A DNA stretch of 64,000 nt, from positions 13,118-77,117 of the forward strand of contig CAIKAP010000081.1 in the NCBI GenBank assembly GCA_903825435.1, in the 5' to 3' direction. This document shows positions 41,176 through 50,848 of this stretch, in pieces (positions within the stretch are counted from its first letter, which is position 1; each line of letters starts with the position of its first letter). The notes under the pieces are model-generated. The model was not told where the DNA came from, searched no databases, and saw only the letters and a list, made by a program, of their open reading frames with translations. Both the position numbers and the translations under genes were made by a program. Source of the DNA: an uncultured Verrucomicrobiota bacterium. GTDB taxonomy: Bacteria > Verrucomicrobiota > Verrucomicrobiia > Palsa-1439.

Positions 41176-43137
41176 TTAGGCCGTTACGGTGCCGGTCTCC
41201 GGCCGTTCGGTGAGGAGGATCTCCTTTCCTTTGGCTTTGCTGGCGCGCACGAAATACAACGCGCCGTACACGCCCCAGACACCGACGAAGCCGAGGGCGA
41301 TGAACGGTTCCTTCCAGCTCATGCCGGCGACAGTGAACGGTCCAACCAGGTAGAACAGCATGCAAGCCAGATTCGCCACCAATCCGAAGATCGGCACAAA
41401 CATGTGCTTGAATCCGTTGAAGGAGTGGTGCTCCTTGAACGCCACCATCGCGATCACGCAGGTGATCATGTAGAGCAGGAATGTGCCGAAGTTGCTGATC
41501 AACGTAACGATAACCAGCGTGTTCGGAAGTTTCGCGTAGGTTTCCGGCTTAAAGATACCGAAGCTGTACCAGATGCTATGATACTTCGCATCCAACGCCG
41601 CCGGTGTCGTTCCGCCGAGGTACACCAGCACCGTAGCGATGCCAACTACCGCCGAGATTGCCGCCAACGTCCAGATGGCGCGATACGGCGAGAGGGTCCG
41701 GCCATGCACCAGCCCGAAGTGCGACGGCACTTCCTCGTCGCGGCCCATTGCGTAGGTCACGCGAGCACCGGTGCTGAGGCAGCTTAACGTGGTGCCAACC
41801 AGCGCCAGGAACACCGTGGACGCTTGCACGAGCATGAACGCCCGGCCAGCCGAGTAGCTTCCAAACAGCCAGGTGCCGACAACGACCATCATGTCACCGA
41901 CGGGCGCGCCCGAGGCGCCGGCGTTGGGCATAGTGTAGCCGTTGTGCAGGAAGTAGTTCGCTGCGAAGTATTCGATGAAATAGCAGAAACAGCCTTGAAT
42001 CAGCAGCGACAACAGCACGGCCCGCGGAATGTCGCGCTTGGCATTCTTCGCTTCCTCACCCATCGCGGTGACGGACTCGAATCCGACGAGGATCAGAATC
42101 GCGATGCACGCTTGGATGAAGATGAAGTTGAACCCATGTGGTTTCACCACCGACGAGGCGTTCTCGTGGAAGTTGAAGGTGGTGACACCTTTGTCATCCT
42201 TCGTAACAGCTTCCTCAGCTTTGTAGCTGACGGTGAACGGCACTGGTTTGCCATCTTTCATCTCCGGATACGGATCGCCCTCGGACAAGCCCAGTCCCTT
42301 GGGCAACGTCGCGAGATCTTCCTTCGCTACGGCTTTGTCACCCATCACGAACACGGGCTTGCCGTCTTTGTCCATCGTCGGCTTACCGGCTGCATCCAAC
42401 ACCGGCGTCGGTTTGCCATCGGCGCCTTTGACTGGCTCTTGCGCGACGTTGTAACTGACGGCAATGCCGTTGGACAAGTGATAGCCTTGTGAGTCTTGCG
42501 GGTGGCGCATCCGGTACGCAATCGCGATCACCGAGAACACCAACAGCGCAGAGATCTGGACGACGTTGATCAACGCGTTCACGCCCGTCGTGCCGCCGAC
42601 ACCACGGAAGGCGATGTAGGCCACGCCGAACGCGAATATGACGCAGAACAGAATCATGAACAGCGGGCTGTTGTAGTTGCCCGCGAACGTGTCCGGGAAG
42701 AATTGATTCAACAGATAACCGCCCAGAATCGCCGTCACACCGACCATACATCCTGGATAGATCCAGTAGTACAAGTGCGACGCCCAGCCGGTAATGAATT
42801 TCGCCAGCCGCGCGAATTTGTAAGCCTTGGTCTTCGACAAGAACGCTTGTTCCGCGTACAAGTACGACGACCCGGCGCCCGGATAGAGCTTGGACAATTC
42901 CGCGTAGCTGATCGCCGTGGCGAAGCACAGAAGCAGCGCCAGCAAAATGCCGAACCACATCGCACAACCCGCCATCGGCGCGCCGTAAAGCGATTGCATC
43001 TGGAACGTCAGCCACAGGAACGCGCCCGGCGCAATCAGCGCCATGGCATTCGAGGTAAGCCCCGTCAATCCCAGCGTCGCCTTGCTGGAGGGCTTATCGG
43101 TTGATGTTGATGTTGTCGACATTTGAGTTTCCTCCAT
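41176..43137 (-). CDS. APC-family amino acid permease with large extracytoplasmic loop
   Basis: 653 aa, APC core motifs, ~100-aa Lys/Asp-rich insert. Confidence 0.65.
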   Translation of the reverse strand: MEETQMSTTSTSTDKPSSKATLGLTGLTSNAMALIAPGAFLWLTFQMQSLYGAPMAGCAMWFGILLALLLCFATAISYAELSKLYPGAGSSYLYAEQAFLSKTKAYKFARLAKFITGWASHLYYWIYPGCMVGVTAILGGYLLNQFFPDTFAGNYNSPLFMILFCVIFAFGVAYIAFRGVGGTTGVNALINVVQISALLVFSVIAIAYRMRHPQDSQGYHLSNGIAVSYNVAQEPVKGADGKPTPVLDAAGKPTMDKDGKPVFVMGDKAVAKEDLATLPKGLGLSEGDPYPEMKDGKPVPFTVSYKAEEAVTKDDKGVTTFNFHENASSVVKPHGFNFIFIQACIAILILVGFESVTAMGEEAKNAKRDIPRAVLLSLLIQGCFCYFIEYFAANYFLHNGYTMPNAGASGAPVGDMMVVVGTWLFGSYSAGRAFMLVQASTVFLALVGTTLSCLSTGARVTYAMGRDEEVPSHFGLVHGRTLSPYRAIWTLAAISAVVGIATVLVYLGGTTPAALDAKYHSIWYSFGIFKPETYAKLPNTLVIVTLISNFGTFLLYMITCVIAMVAFKEHHSFNGFKHMFVPIFGLVANLACMLFYLVGPFTVAGMSWKEPFIALGFVGVWGVYGALYFVRASKAKGKEILLTERPETGTVTA

Positions 43138-43287
43138 TTGTTGTTGGGTTCAGTTGTTTCGGTCGGTTGGCACATCAACACCTGCTGTGCCACGGCCGGA
43201 GCGATTCGCTCCAACTACGCAGGAAAGAAGCCTTTAGCCGGAATGTCGTGGCAACACGCGCCGCGGGGCTGTTCCATTTTGCTGCCC

Positions 43288-43310
43288 ACGCTGGTCAAAA
43301 GCCGACACGC
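43288..43310. promoter_or_regulatory. UAS-family-like site CACGCTGGTCAAAAGCCGACACGC
   Basis: resembles CGTGGTCAATTYCCGACAC copies; ~65 bp upstream of the MmeI-like gene. Confidence 0.35.
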
Positions 43311-43375
43311 GCCCGGCCGCCGACCGGTAAGGACAGGCTTGCCGCAGCCTGTGTGCGTTGGCATACTGCGCAGGC

Positions 43376-46075
43376 ATGAACGCTTCCGATTTCATCGCCA
43401 AATGGAAACCCGTTGACCTCAGCGAGCGTTCCGCCGCCCAGCAGCATTTCCTCGATCTCTGCGAACTCGTCGGCCATCCCAAGCCGGTCGAAGCCGACAA
43501 GACCGGCGAGTCCTTCTGTTTCGAGAGAGGCGCGGCGAAGCAAGACGGCGGCGACGGCTGGGCCGACGTGTGGAAGAAAGACTTCTTCGGCTGGGAGTAC
43601 AAAGGCAAACACAAAGACCTCGATGCCGCCTACGACCAGCTCCTGCAATACCGCGAATCCCTCGAAAACCCGCCGCTGCTGGTCGTCTGTGACATGGACC
43701 GGATCATCGTCCACACGAACTTTACCAGCACCAAGGCCCAGACCTTTGCCATCCCGCTCGCCGAACTCGACACGCCGCGCAGCCTCGAAATCCTTCGTTC
43801 CGTCTTCTTCACCCCGGACAAGTTGAAGCCCGGCGTCACCAGCGAGGCCATCACCACCGCCGCTGCCCAGCGCCTCGCCGACGTGGCGCTGAAAATGCGC
43901 GACCGGGGACTCGACCCGCAAGCCGTCGCCCATTTCCTCGACCGCATTGTCTTCTGCCTATTTGCCGAGGATGTGGGACTGCTCCCGCGCGACTTGTTCA
44001 GCCAGATTGTTACCAAGTGCGCGCATGACCCGAAACGCTTCGGCAAGTACGTCGCTGACCTGTTTGTCGCGATGGCCAACGGTGGCGAATGTCTCATGCA
44101 AGACATCCGCCATTTCAACGGCAACCTCTTCGATGAATCTCCCGTGCTCGAACTCACCGGCGACGAGATCGCCAGTGTTCAAGCCGCCGCCGAACTCGAC
44201 TGGAGCGAGGTCGATGCCTCCATCTTCGGCACGCTCTTCGAGCGCGGCATGGACCCCGCCAAGCGCTCCCAACTCGGCGCGCACTACACCAGCCGCGACG
44301 ACATCACCACCCTCGTCGAGCCGGTTGTCATGCAACCGCTCCGCCGCGAATGGACCGACGTGCGCGCGAAGATGGATAAACTCCTTGCCGGCGACGCCAA
44401 GAAAAACCGCGCCGCCGCCGAGAAACAATTCCTGCAATTCCTCCAACGGCTCCAAGGCGTCCGCATCCGCGACCTCGGCTTCACGCCCAGCTTCCCGCAG
44501 GTCAACCCGCAGCAACTTCACGGCATCGAAATCAACCTCTACGCTCACGACCTCGCCCAGATGACTTGCTGGATTGGCTACATCCAATGGCTCCGCGCCA
44601 ACGGTTACGGTTTCCCCGCCGAACCCATCCTGCGCCGCCTCGACAAAAACTTCCAATGCGCCGACGCCCTCACTGCCACCTGGCCCGCCGTGGACTTCAT
44701 CGTCAGCAACCCGCCATTCCTCGGCGGAAAGAAGATGCGCGCCGAACTCGGTGACGAGTACATGGACAAGCTTTTTGCCGACTGGGGTGACCGCGTGCCG
44801 CCGGAAGCGGACTTCTGTTGCTACTGGTTCGAGAAAGCGCGCGCCCATCTCGAAACTGGCAAGGTGCAGCGGGCCGGGCTGCTCGCCACGCAAGCCATTC
44901 GCGGCGGCGCAAACCGGCAAGTCCTCAAACGCATCAAGGATACCGGCGACATCTTCTTTGCCGAGAGCGACCGCCCGTGGATTCTCGACGGTGCCAACGT
45001 CCACGTCTCCATGATCGGCTTCGACAATGGCAGCGACAAGACGCGCATCCTCGACGGCCTGCCGGTGCCGACAATCAACGCCAACCTCACCGCCGTGGCA
45101 GACGTGACGCAAGCCAAGCCGGTCGCCGCGAATCTTAACCTCTCCTTCATGGGCACGACCAAGGGCGGCGCGTTCGACATTCCCGAGACGCTCGCGCTGG
45201 AACTTCTCCGCCAACCCAATCCGCATGGCCGCCCCAACTCCGACATTGTTGTGCCGTGGGTCAACGGCCTCGACGTGACGCGCCGCTCACGCGGCATGTG
45301 GATTATTGATTTCGGCGTCGGCTTGCCGGAACAGGAAGCCGCCAAGTACGAAGCACCTTTCGAATATGTTCGGCAACACGTGAAACCGGAACGCGAGAAG
45401 TCGCGCACAACAATCTCGGAATGGTGGTTGCAGGAACGACGGCGTGAAGATATGCGTATCGCACTTGCGCCTTTGCCGCGTTTCCTTTGCACGTGCCGGG
45501 TATCCAAGCACCGCATCTTCATCTGGCTCACCGCGCCGACGCAACCGGACAGCGCGACATTCGCCTTCGCCCGGGCCGACGACTACTTCTTCGGTGTCCT
45601 GCACTCACGGGCGCATGAAGTCTGGGCGCTGAAACTCGGCACGCGATTGGAGACGCGACCGCGCTACACGCCGACGACCTGTTTCGAGACGTTTCCATTT
45701 CCCGGCGCGACGCCGGAGCAACAAGCCGCGATTGCCGCCGCCGCGCAGGAACTCGACACGCTTCGCACCAACTGGCTGAATCCGCCCGAATGGACGCGCG
45801 AAGAAGTCTTGGAGTTTCCCGCCCGCGCCGATGGCCCGTGGGCGCGGTACGTCCAGAACGGCGTTGCCCGCTACCCGCGCCTCGTGCCGAAGGATGCCGA
45901 CTGCGCCAAGAAACTCGCCAAGCGCACGCTGACCAATCTCTACAACGAGCGTCCGACGTGGCTCGCCAACGCCCACGCGAAGTTGGATGCCGCCGTTTTC
46001 GCCGCCTACGGCTGGCCGGTGACGGTGACGGACGAGCAAATCCTGGAGAGATTGCTCGCCTTGAATTTGCAGTAA
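43376..46075 (+). CDS. MmeI-like large SAM-MTase-family protein (nuclease motif and NPPF present, glycine-rich SAM loop apparently absent)
   Basis: D-X9-EXK (DVWKKDFFGWEYK); GAHYTS motif X; SNPPFLGG motif IV; region corresponding to FFDPACGCGNFL replaced by RDLGFTPSFPQ; start taken at MNASDF. Confidence 0.65.
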   Translation: MNASDFIAKWKPVDLSERSAAQQHFLDLCELVGHPKPVEADKTGESFCFERGAAKQDGGDGWADVWKKDFFGWEYKGKHKDLDAAYDQLLQYRESLENPPLLVVCDMDRIIVHTNFTSTKAQTFAIPLAELDTPRSLEILRSVFFTPDKLKPGVTSEAITTAAAQRLADVALKMRDRGLDPQAVAHFLDRIVFCLFAEDVGLLPRDLFSQIVTKCAHDPKRFGKYVADLFVAMANGGECLMQDIRHFNGNLFDESPVLELTGDEIASVQAAAELDWSEVDASIFGTLFERGMDPAKRSQLGAHYTSRDDITTLVEPVVMQPLRREWTDVRAKMDKLLAGDAKKNRAAAEKQFLQFLQRLQGVRIRDLGFTPSFPQVNPQQLHGIEINLYAHDLAQMTCWIGYIQWLRANGYGFPAEPILRRLDKNFQCADALTATWPAVDFIVSNPPFLGGKKMRAELGDEYMDKLFADWGDRVPPEADFCCYWFEKARAHLETGKVQRAGLLATQAIRGGANRQVLKRIKDTGDIFFAESDRPWILDGANVHVSMIGFDNGSDKTRILDGLPVPTINANLTAVADVTQAKPVAANLNLSFMGTTKGGAFDIPETLALELLRQPNPHGRPNSDIVVPWVNGLDVTRRSRGMWIIDFGVGLPEQEAAKYEAPFEYVRQHVKPEREKSRTTISEWWLQERRREDMRIALAPLPRFLCTCRVSKHRIFIWLTAPTQPDSATFAFARADDYFFGVLHSRAHEVWALKLGTRLETRPRYTPTTCFETFPFPGATPEQQAAIAAAAQELDTLRTNWLNPPEWTREEVLEFPARADGPWARYVQNGVARYPRLVPKDADCAKKLAKRTLTNLYNERPTWLANAHAKLDAAVFAAYGWPVTVTDEQILERLLALNLQ

Positions 46076-46095
46076 TCGGCCTTCCGCTGACCGTT

Positions 46096-46386
46096 TTACC
46101 GCACTGGTTCGTGCGCTTGGCGGCCGGTCACCTTGGCGTAGGCACGGCAAAATGGGCAGGTGTGGATCTCAATCCTCTTGACCAACTCGAACGCGACGCC
46201 GCGTTGCTTCTTGCGGGCACGCCGACAGACGGGGCAGACCGCGCAGACTTTGGCAAGTTTCCGGTCAAGCGCCGTGATGGTGGTTTGGCTCATGGCGCGC
46301 AGCATGAACGTTCCGCGGTCGCCCGTAAAGCCGGAACCATCATCCATTCGGACACTGCCATTGACGAACGGGGGTATGTGCGGCAT
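46096..46386 (-). CDS. small putative zinc-ribbon protein
   Basis: CAVCPVC...HTCPFC (two CxxC pairs); 96-aa ORF, start uncertain; could be spurious. Confidence 0.3.
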   Translation of the reverse strand: MPHIPPFVNGSVRMDDGSGFTGDRGTFMLRAMSQTTITALDRKLAKVCAVCPVCRRARKKQRGVAFELVKRIEIHTCPFCRAYAKVTGRQAHEPVR

Positions 46387-46400
46387 CTGTTACAGCAGAA

Positions 46401-46913
46401 ATGAAAACCATCACGCCCACCGAATTGCTGAAACTTCTCGCCACGCAGCCGGACTTGTCGTTGATCGATGTCCGCACCCCGGTGGAATTCGCCGAGGTCC
46501 ATGTGCCGCAAGCGCGGAACGAACCGCTTGATGAGTTCAAGCCGCGCAACGAACCGGTTTATCTCCTCTGCCGTTCCGGCAACCGCGCCGCGAAGGCGGC
46601 GGCGAAATGTCCGCAGGGCATCGTGGTCGAGGGCGGCACGCTGGCATGGATTGCGGCGGGCCTACCGGTCACGCGTGGCACCACCAAAGTCATCAGCCTC
46701 GAACGGCAGGTCCGCATCGCAGCCGGCGCGTTGGTGCTGGCCGGCGTGATACTCGGCTGGCGCGTGCATCCCGGCTTCTACGGGCTGTCGGCATTCGTCG
46801 GCGCAGGGCTTGTGTTCGCCGGTATCACGGATTTCTGCGGCATGGGATTGTTCCTGGCAAGAATGCCGTGGAATCGCGCGGCCGGTGCGGCGGTTTCCTG
46901 CAAGCTGTCCTGA
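46401..46913 (+). CDS. rhodanese-domain protein fused to DUF2892-like membrane domain
   Basis: rhodanese active-site loop LLCRSGNRA; C-terminal two hydrophobic helices. Confidence 0.65.
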   Translation: MKTITPTELLKLLATQPDLSLIDVRTPVEFAEVHVPQARNEPLDEFKPRNEPVYLLCRSGNRAAKAAAKCPQGIVVEGGTLAWIAAGLPVTRGTTKVISLERQVRIAAGALVLAGVILGWRVHPGFYGLSAFVGAGLVFAGITDFCGMGLFLARMPWNRAAGAAVSCKLS

Positions 46914-46917
46914 CGTG

Positions 46918-46939
46918 ATGTTCCGGTTTTGTTCCGGCT
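46918..46939 (+). repeat. GTTCCGG element (ATGTTCCGGTTTTGTTCCGGCT)
   Basis: in the convergent gap between the rhodanese gene and the PP2C gene. Confidence 0.8.
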
Positions 46940-46949
46940 TCCGGGGCGA

Positions 46950-47684
46950 TCAGACTTCGACGACCTCAATCACTTGGGCGGAGGTGTTGTCGGTCGTGCT
47001 GCGCTGCATCGCCAACGCTATCAGTTGCCGGCAGGCCGCGACGGGATCGAGCTGGTGGACGATACGGGCGATTTCGAGGTCCGACACGCACCCGTGCAGG
47101 CCGTCGCTGCACAACACCACGCGGTCGCCAGCGAACACCGGGGCTTGATCCATGTCCACCCGGACTTGCGGGTCCACGCCGAGGCCACGGGTGATGAGGT
47201 GGCGTTGATCGCTCATGCGCGATTCAGCTTCGGTGATGTGGCCGAACCGCCGTTGCATGCCGACCAGTGAATGATCCACGCTGAGCTGTTTGATCATGCC
47301 GCGGTGAACCAGATAGACGCGCGAGTCGCCGACGTTGCCGACGACAATGTCGCGCGCGCCAAACACCGCCACGGCCATCGTCGTCGCGATGTGGCCGGGG
47401 CCATCGGGCTCGAACCCTTTGTCGTAAACGGCCCAGTTGGCGGCCTTGAACAGCTCCAACATGCGCTGGTGTCGTGATGCGTCGGAGGGCGCCTCGCGGA
47501 ACGAGCGCAGGCCGGTGGTGATGGCGAGCGAGCTGGCAATGTCGCCGGAGCCGAGGCTGCCGACGCCGTCGGCCAGCAGCGCAATCGCGCCGCGTTCGCC
47601 GCCGTCGTCCTGCCAGAAGCCGACGCTGTCCTGATTGGTCGGGCACGGTCCGGTCACGGAAAGTTCTGCGTAATTCAGTTTCAC
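46950..47684 (-). CDS. PP2C-family Ser/Thr phosphatase
   Basis: 244 aa; NQDSVGF, LADGVGS, DGLHG motifs; N-terminal region ~50% identical to the PP2C domain at 39294-41084. Confidence 0.8.
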   Translation of the reverse strand: MKLNYAELSVTGPCPTNQDSVGFWQDDGGERGAIALLADGVGSLGSGDIASSLAITTGLRSFREAPSDASRHQRMLELFKAANWAVYDKGFEPDGPGHIATTMAVAVFGARDIVVGNVGDSRVYLVHRGMIKQLSVDHSLVGMQRRFGHITEAESRMSDQRHLITRGLGVDPQVRVDMDQAPVFAGDRVVLCSDGLHGCVSDLEIARIVHQLDPVAACRQLIALAMQRSTTDNTSAQVIEVVEV

Positions 47685-47773
47685 CGTGTCGCCATTCTAG
47701 CAACAACTCCTGCCGGGTCAATGCGCGGCGCAAGTATTGCGTTGGAGGCGCCGGTTCGGGTATTCTGGCGGGC

Positions 47774-48757
47774 ATGAACAAACCGATTCGTGTGATTCAG
47801 TGCGGGCTGGGCGCCATCGGCCGCAGCGCGGCGCGGTTGGTGTTGGAGAAGAAATCGTTGCGGCTTGTCGGCGCGGTGGACCCGCTCCACGCCGGGCGCG
47901 ATCTCGGCGAGGTGCTCGAACTCAACCGCAAACTCGGCATCCGCGTCAGTGACAAGCTTCCGGCAATCGAGGCCGACGCGGTGCTGCATTGCACCGGCTC
48001 GACGTTCGCTGGCGTGTACGGACAGTTCGCGGAGATTGTCGGCGCGGGGCTGCATTGCGTGTCGTCGTGCGAGGAGGCGTTGTTCCCGTTTTACCGCGAG
48101 CCGAAACTGGCGGCACAACTCAACCGGCTGTGCGCCCGCCACGGCGTGAGCGTGCTCGGCACGGGCGTCAATCCGGGCTTCGTGATGGACACGCTGGCGG
48201 CTGTCTCGACGGCGGTCTGCCAGCGCGTGGACGCGGTGCGGGTGTTGCGCGTGGTGGACGCGGGGACGCGACGCGAGGCGCTCCAGCGTAAGGTCGGCGC
48301 GGGCCTGCCGGCGTCGGAATTTTGCAAGCTGGCAAAGAGCTTGAAGATCCGGCACGTTGGGCTGAGCGAGTCGCTGGTGTTCGTCGCGGAAGCGTTCGGC
48401 TGGGACTTGGACGAGGTGGACGAAACGATCGCGCCGGTGCTGGCGGAGCGGACGATCCGGACGAAATACCTGACGGTGCCGAAGGGGAGCGCCGCCGGTG
48501 TGAGGCAGGTGGCGACGGGCTGGCACGGCAGTCGGAAGGTGCTGGAGTTGGAGTTGCAGATGTACGTCGGCGCGAAAAATCCGCGCGACGAGATCGTGGT
48601 GGAGGGCGTTCCGCCAATGCGGGTGGTGGTGGACGGCGGCACCGCTGGCGACTTGGCGACGCCGGCGATTCTGGTGAATTGCCTGCCGCGTCTGATGGAG
48701 GCGAAGCCGGGGTTACACACGATGTTGACAATCGGGTTGGTGCGGGCGATTGGCTGA
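47774..48757 (+). CDS. DapB-like NAD(P)-dependent oxidoreductase (dihydrodipicolinate-reductase/amine-dehydrogenase family)
   Basis: N-terminal Rossmann IRVIQCGLGAIGRS; 327 aa. Confidence 0.45.
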   Translation: MNKPIRVIQCGLGAIGRSAARLVLEKKSLRLVGAVDPLHAGRDLGEVLELNRKLGIRVSDKLPAIEADAVLHCTGSTFAGVYGQFAEIVGAGLHCVSSCEEALFPFYREPKLAAQLNRLCARHGVSVLGTGVNPGFVMDTLAAVSTAVCQRVDAVRVLRVVDAGTRREALQRKVGAGLPASEFCKLAKSLKIRHVGLSESLVFVAEAFGWDLDEVDETIAPVLAERTIRTKYLTVPKGSAAGVRQVATGWHGSRKVLELELQMYVGAKNPRDEIVVEGVPPMRVVVDGGTAGDLATPAILVNCLPRLMEAKPGLHTMLTIGLVRAIG

Positions 48758-48767
48758 GTCAGGTGTC

Positions 48768-49301
48768 ATGGCGAACATAGTTTATTTTGATCTGGAGACG
48801 CAGAAGAGCGCGGCGGAAGTCGGCGGCTGGAACCGCAAGGCTGACATGAAGATGTCGGTCGGTGTGACGTTCAGCACGGGGTCGGGCGAGTATAAGATTT
48901 ACGACGAGGCACACGTGCAGGACTTGGTGAAGGAGCTGATGCGTGCCGATCTGGTGGTGGGATTCAACATCTTGAATTTCGACTACGCTGTCCTTGGCGG
49001 ATATTCGCCGCTGGATTTGACGCAGGCGCCAACGCTGGATTTGATGGCGGACTTGGAGACGATCCTCGGGCACCGGTTGTCGCTGGACGCGGTGGCGAAG
49101 GCGACGCTGAATGCGCCGAAGATCGCGGATGGGATGCAGGCGCTGCGGTGGTGGAAGGAAGGCAAGCTGTTGGAGATCGCGGAGTACTGCTGTTTCGACG
49201 TGAAGATCACGAAGGACGTGCACGAGTACGGGAAGTCTCGCGGTGAGCTGTTCTACGTTGACCGGCTCGGCCAGAAGAAGTCCGTCAAGGTCAAGTGGTG
49301 A
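48768..49301 (+). CDS. DEDD-family 3'-5' exonuclease domain protein
   Basis: Exo I YFDLETQ, Exo II NILNFDYAVL, Exo III CCFDVKITKDVHEY. Confidence 0.55.
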   Translation: MANIVYFDLETQKSAAEVGGWNRKADMKMSVGVTFSTGSGEYKIYDEAHVQDLVKELMRADLVVGFNILNFDYAVLGGYSPLDLTQAPTLDLMADLETILGHRLSLDAVAKATLNAPKIADGMQALRWWKEGKLLEIAEYCCFDVKITKDVHEYGKSRGELFYVDRLGQKKSVKVKW

Positions 49302-49882
49302 ACCCCTCTGATGCCGATGCCGAGTTGATGTTGCGCGTCCGGCGCGGCGACCGCGCGGCGTTCCGCGAACTGGTCGAGCGCCACCAGCGTGGCGTCATCC
49401 AAACCATTCACCGCGCCATCGGCGACGCCTGGGAAGCTGAAGACCTCGCGCAGCGCGTCTTCGTCCAAGTCTGGCGCTCCGCGGGCCGCTACGAGCCGAC
49501 AGCGAAATTCACAACGTGGCTGTTCACCATCGTCCACAACACCATCCTCAACGAACACCGCCGGCGCGCCCGGCGCGGCGCGGAGTCGCTCGACGCGCTC
49601 GCGCAATCCGACGAGGAGACTGAGACCCTAGGGGCACAGTTTGCCGACGCGCAGTCGCCCGACCCGGCGCGCGCGGCGTCCGAGCGTGAGTTGCAGGCGC
49701 GCATCGGCGCGGCCATTCGCCGGTTGCCCGACAACCAGCGCACGGCGGTGGTGCTCTGCCGGTTCGAGGGCTTGTCCTACGAAGAGATAGCGAAGGTGCT
49801 ACATTGCTCGGTCCCGGCAGTCAAATCGCTCCTACACCGGGCGCGCGAGGCGCTGAAAGAAGAACTGCAAGGCTGGTGCTGA
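49295..49882 (+). CDS. ECF-type RNA polymerase sigma factor
   Basis: sigma-70 region 2 (EDLAQRVFVQVWRSAGRYEP...FTTWLFTIVHN) and region 4. Confidence 0.8.
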   Translation: MVNPSDADAELMLRVRRGDRAAFRELVERHQRGVIQTIHRAIGDAWEAEDLAQRVFVQVWRSAGRYEPTAKFTTWLFTIVHNTILNEHRRRARRGAESLDALAQSDEETETLGAQFADAQSPDPARAASERELQARIGAAIRRLPDNQRTAVVLCRFEGLSYEEIAKVLHCSVPAVKSLLHRAREALKEELQGWC

Positions 49883-49903
49883 CGAAACCTTTTCCCAGCA
49901 TCG

Positions 49904-50383
49904 GTGTTGAAAGAAAGCGAGGACACAATGAACTGCAAGGAAACACAGGCCAACTTCGATGAGCGGCTAGACAGCCGCCTCGATGTGGCATACAGCGCGG
50001 CATTCGACGCACACGTTGCCGACTGCCCCACCTGCGCAGCGCAGTGGCGCGCCTATGCGGGCGTGTGGAGTGCGGTCGCGCGGCACGTTGCGACAGAACC
50101 CTCAACCGGTTTCGCCGAGCGCACACTGCGGAGGCTGGACGAGACGCTGACGGAAAAACCACGTGGCTGGCTGGCGCCGTTGTGGCGCTGGGCACTGGCG
50201 GGTTCCTTGATCGTGACGCTCTCCGGTGCGGGATGGCTTGGCTGGCAACGCACCCACCACACCAACATGCAGGTCGAAGCATATATCACAGCGCAACAGG
50301 ATCGCTTGGAAGATTTCGACGTTGTGGCCTCGCTTCATTTGTTGAATGGAAACAATCCCCATGAGAAAGCAAACGTTAACTAG
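49904..50383 (+). CDS. anti-sigma factor (zinc-finger ZAS-like N-terminus, one TM)
   Basis: HVADCPTCAAQW motif; TM WRWALAGSLIVTLSGAGWL; directly downstream of ECF sigma. Confidence 0.7.
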   Translation: MLKESEDTMNCKETQANFDERLDSRLDVAYSAAFDAHVADCPTCAAQWRAYAGVWSAVARHVATEPSTGFAERTLRRLDETLTEKPRGWLAPLWRWALAGSLIVTLSGAGWLGWQRTHHTNMQVEAYITAQQDRLEDFDVVASLHLLNGNNPHEKANVN

Positions 50384-50837
50384 CCTCCTCGCGGTCATGC
50401 TGCTGCTGACGCTCTCGGGTAATGCGCCTACCGAGGAACCGCGCACCGCCGCCCTCGACGAAACGAAGTTGAACGAGATGTGGAACGTACTCTCCCCGCA
50501 CGACAAAGCGTCGGCGTTGCGCCTGCACAGCACCCTGCGCCAGATGCCGGCGGAAGAACGCAAATTCATCCACGAACGAATCGAGCGGTTCATGCAAATG
50601 CCGGCCGAAGAACGCCGCAAGCTCAAGGAAAACAACGAGCGCTGGGAGAAAATGACACCCGAACAGCGCCAGCAGGCACGCGACAAATTCAGCCAGCACC
50701 GCAAGGAATTCGAAGAGAAGTGGCGCAAGGAACACCCCGGCCAAGAGCCGCCACCTTTCCCGTATCATCACCGCAAACCCGACGGCTCCACCAACACCAT
50801 TTCCACATTGTCCGAACCAAAACCAAACAACCCATAG
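50361..50837 (+). CDS. DUF3106-like secreted protein (ECF-sigma-associated)
   Basis: signal peptide; repeated PAEER...L..N.ERW..M.PEQR motifs. Confidence 0.6.
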   Translation: MRKQTLTSLLAVMLLLTLSGNAPTEEPRTAALDETKLNEMWNVLSPHDKASALRLHSTLRQMPAEERKFIHERIERFMQMPAEERRKLKENNERWEKMTPEQRQQARDKFSQHRKEFEEKWRKEHPGQEPPPFPYHHRKPDGSTNTISTLSEPKPNNP

Positions 50838-50848
50838 GAGTTAGTATC

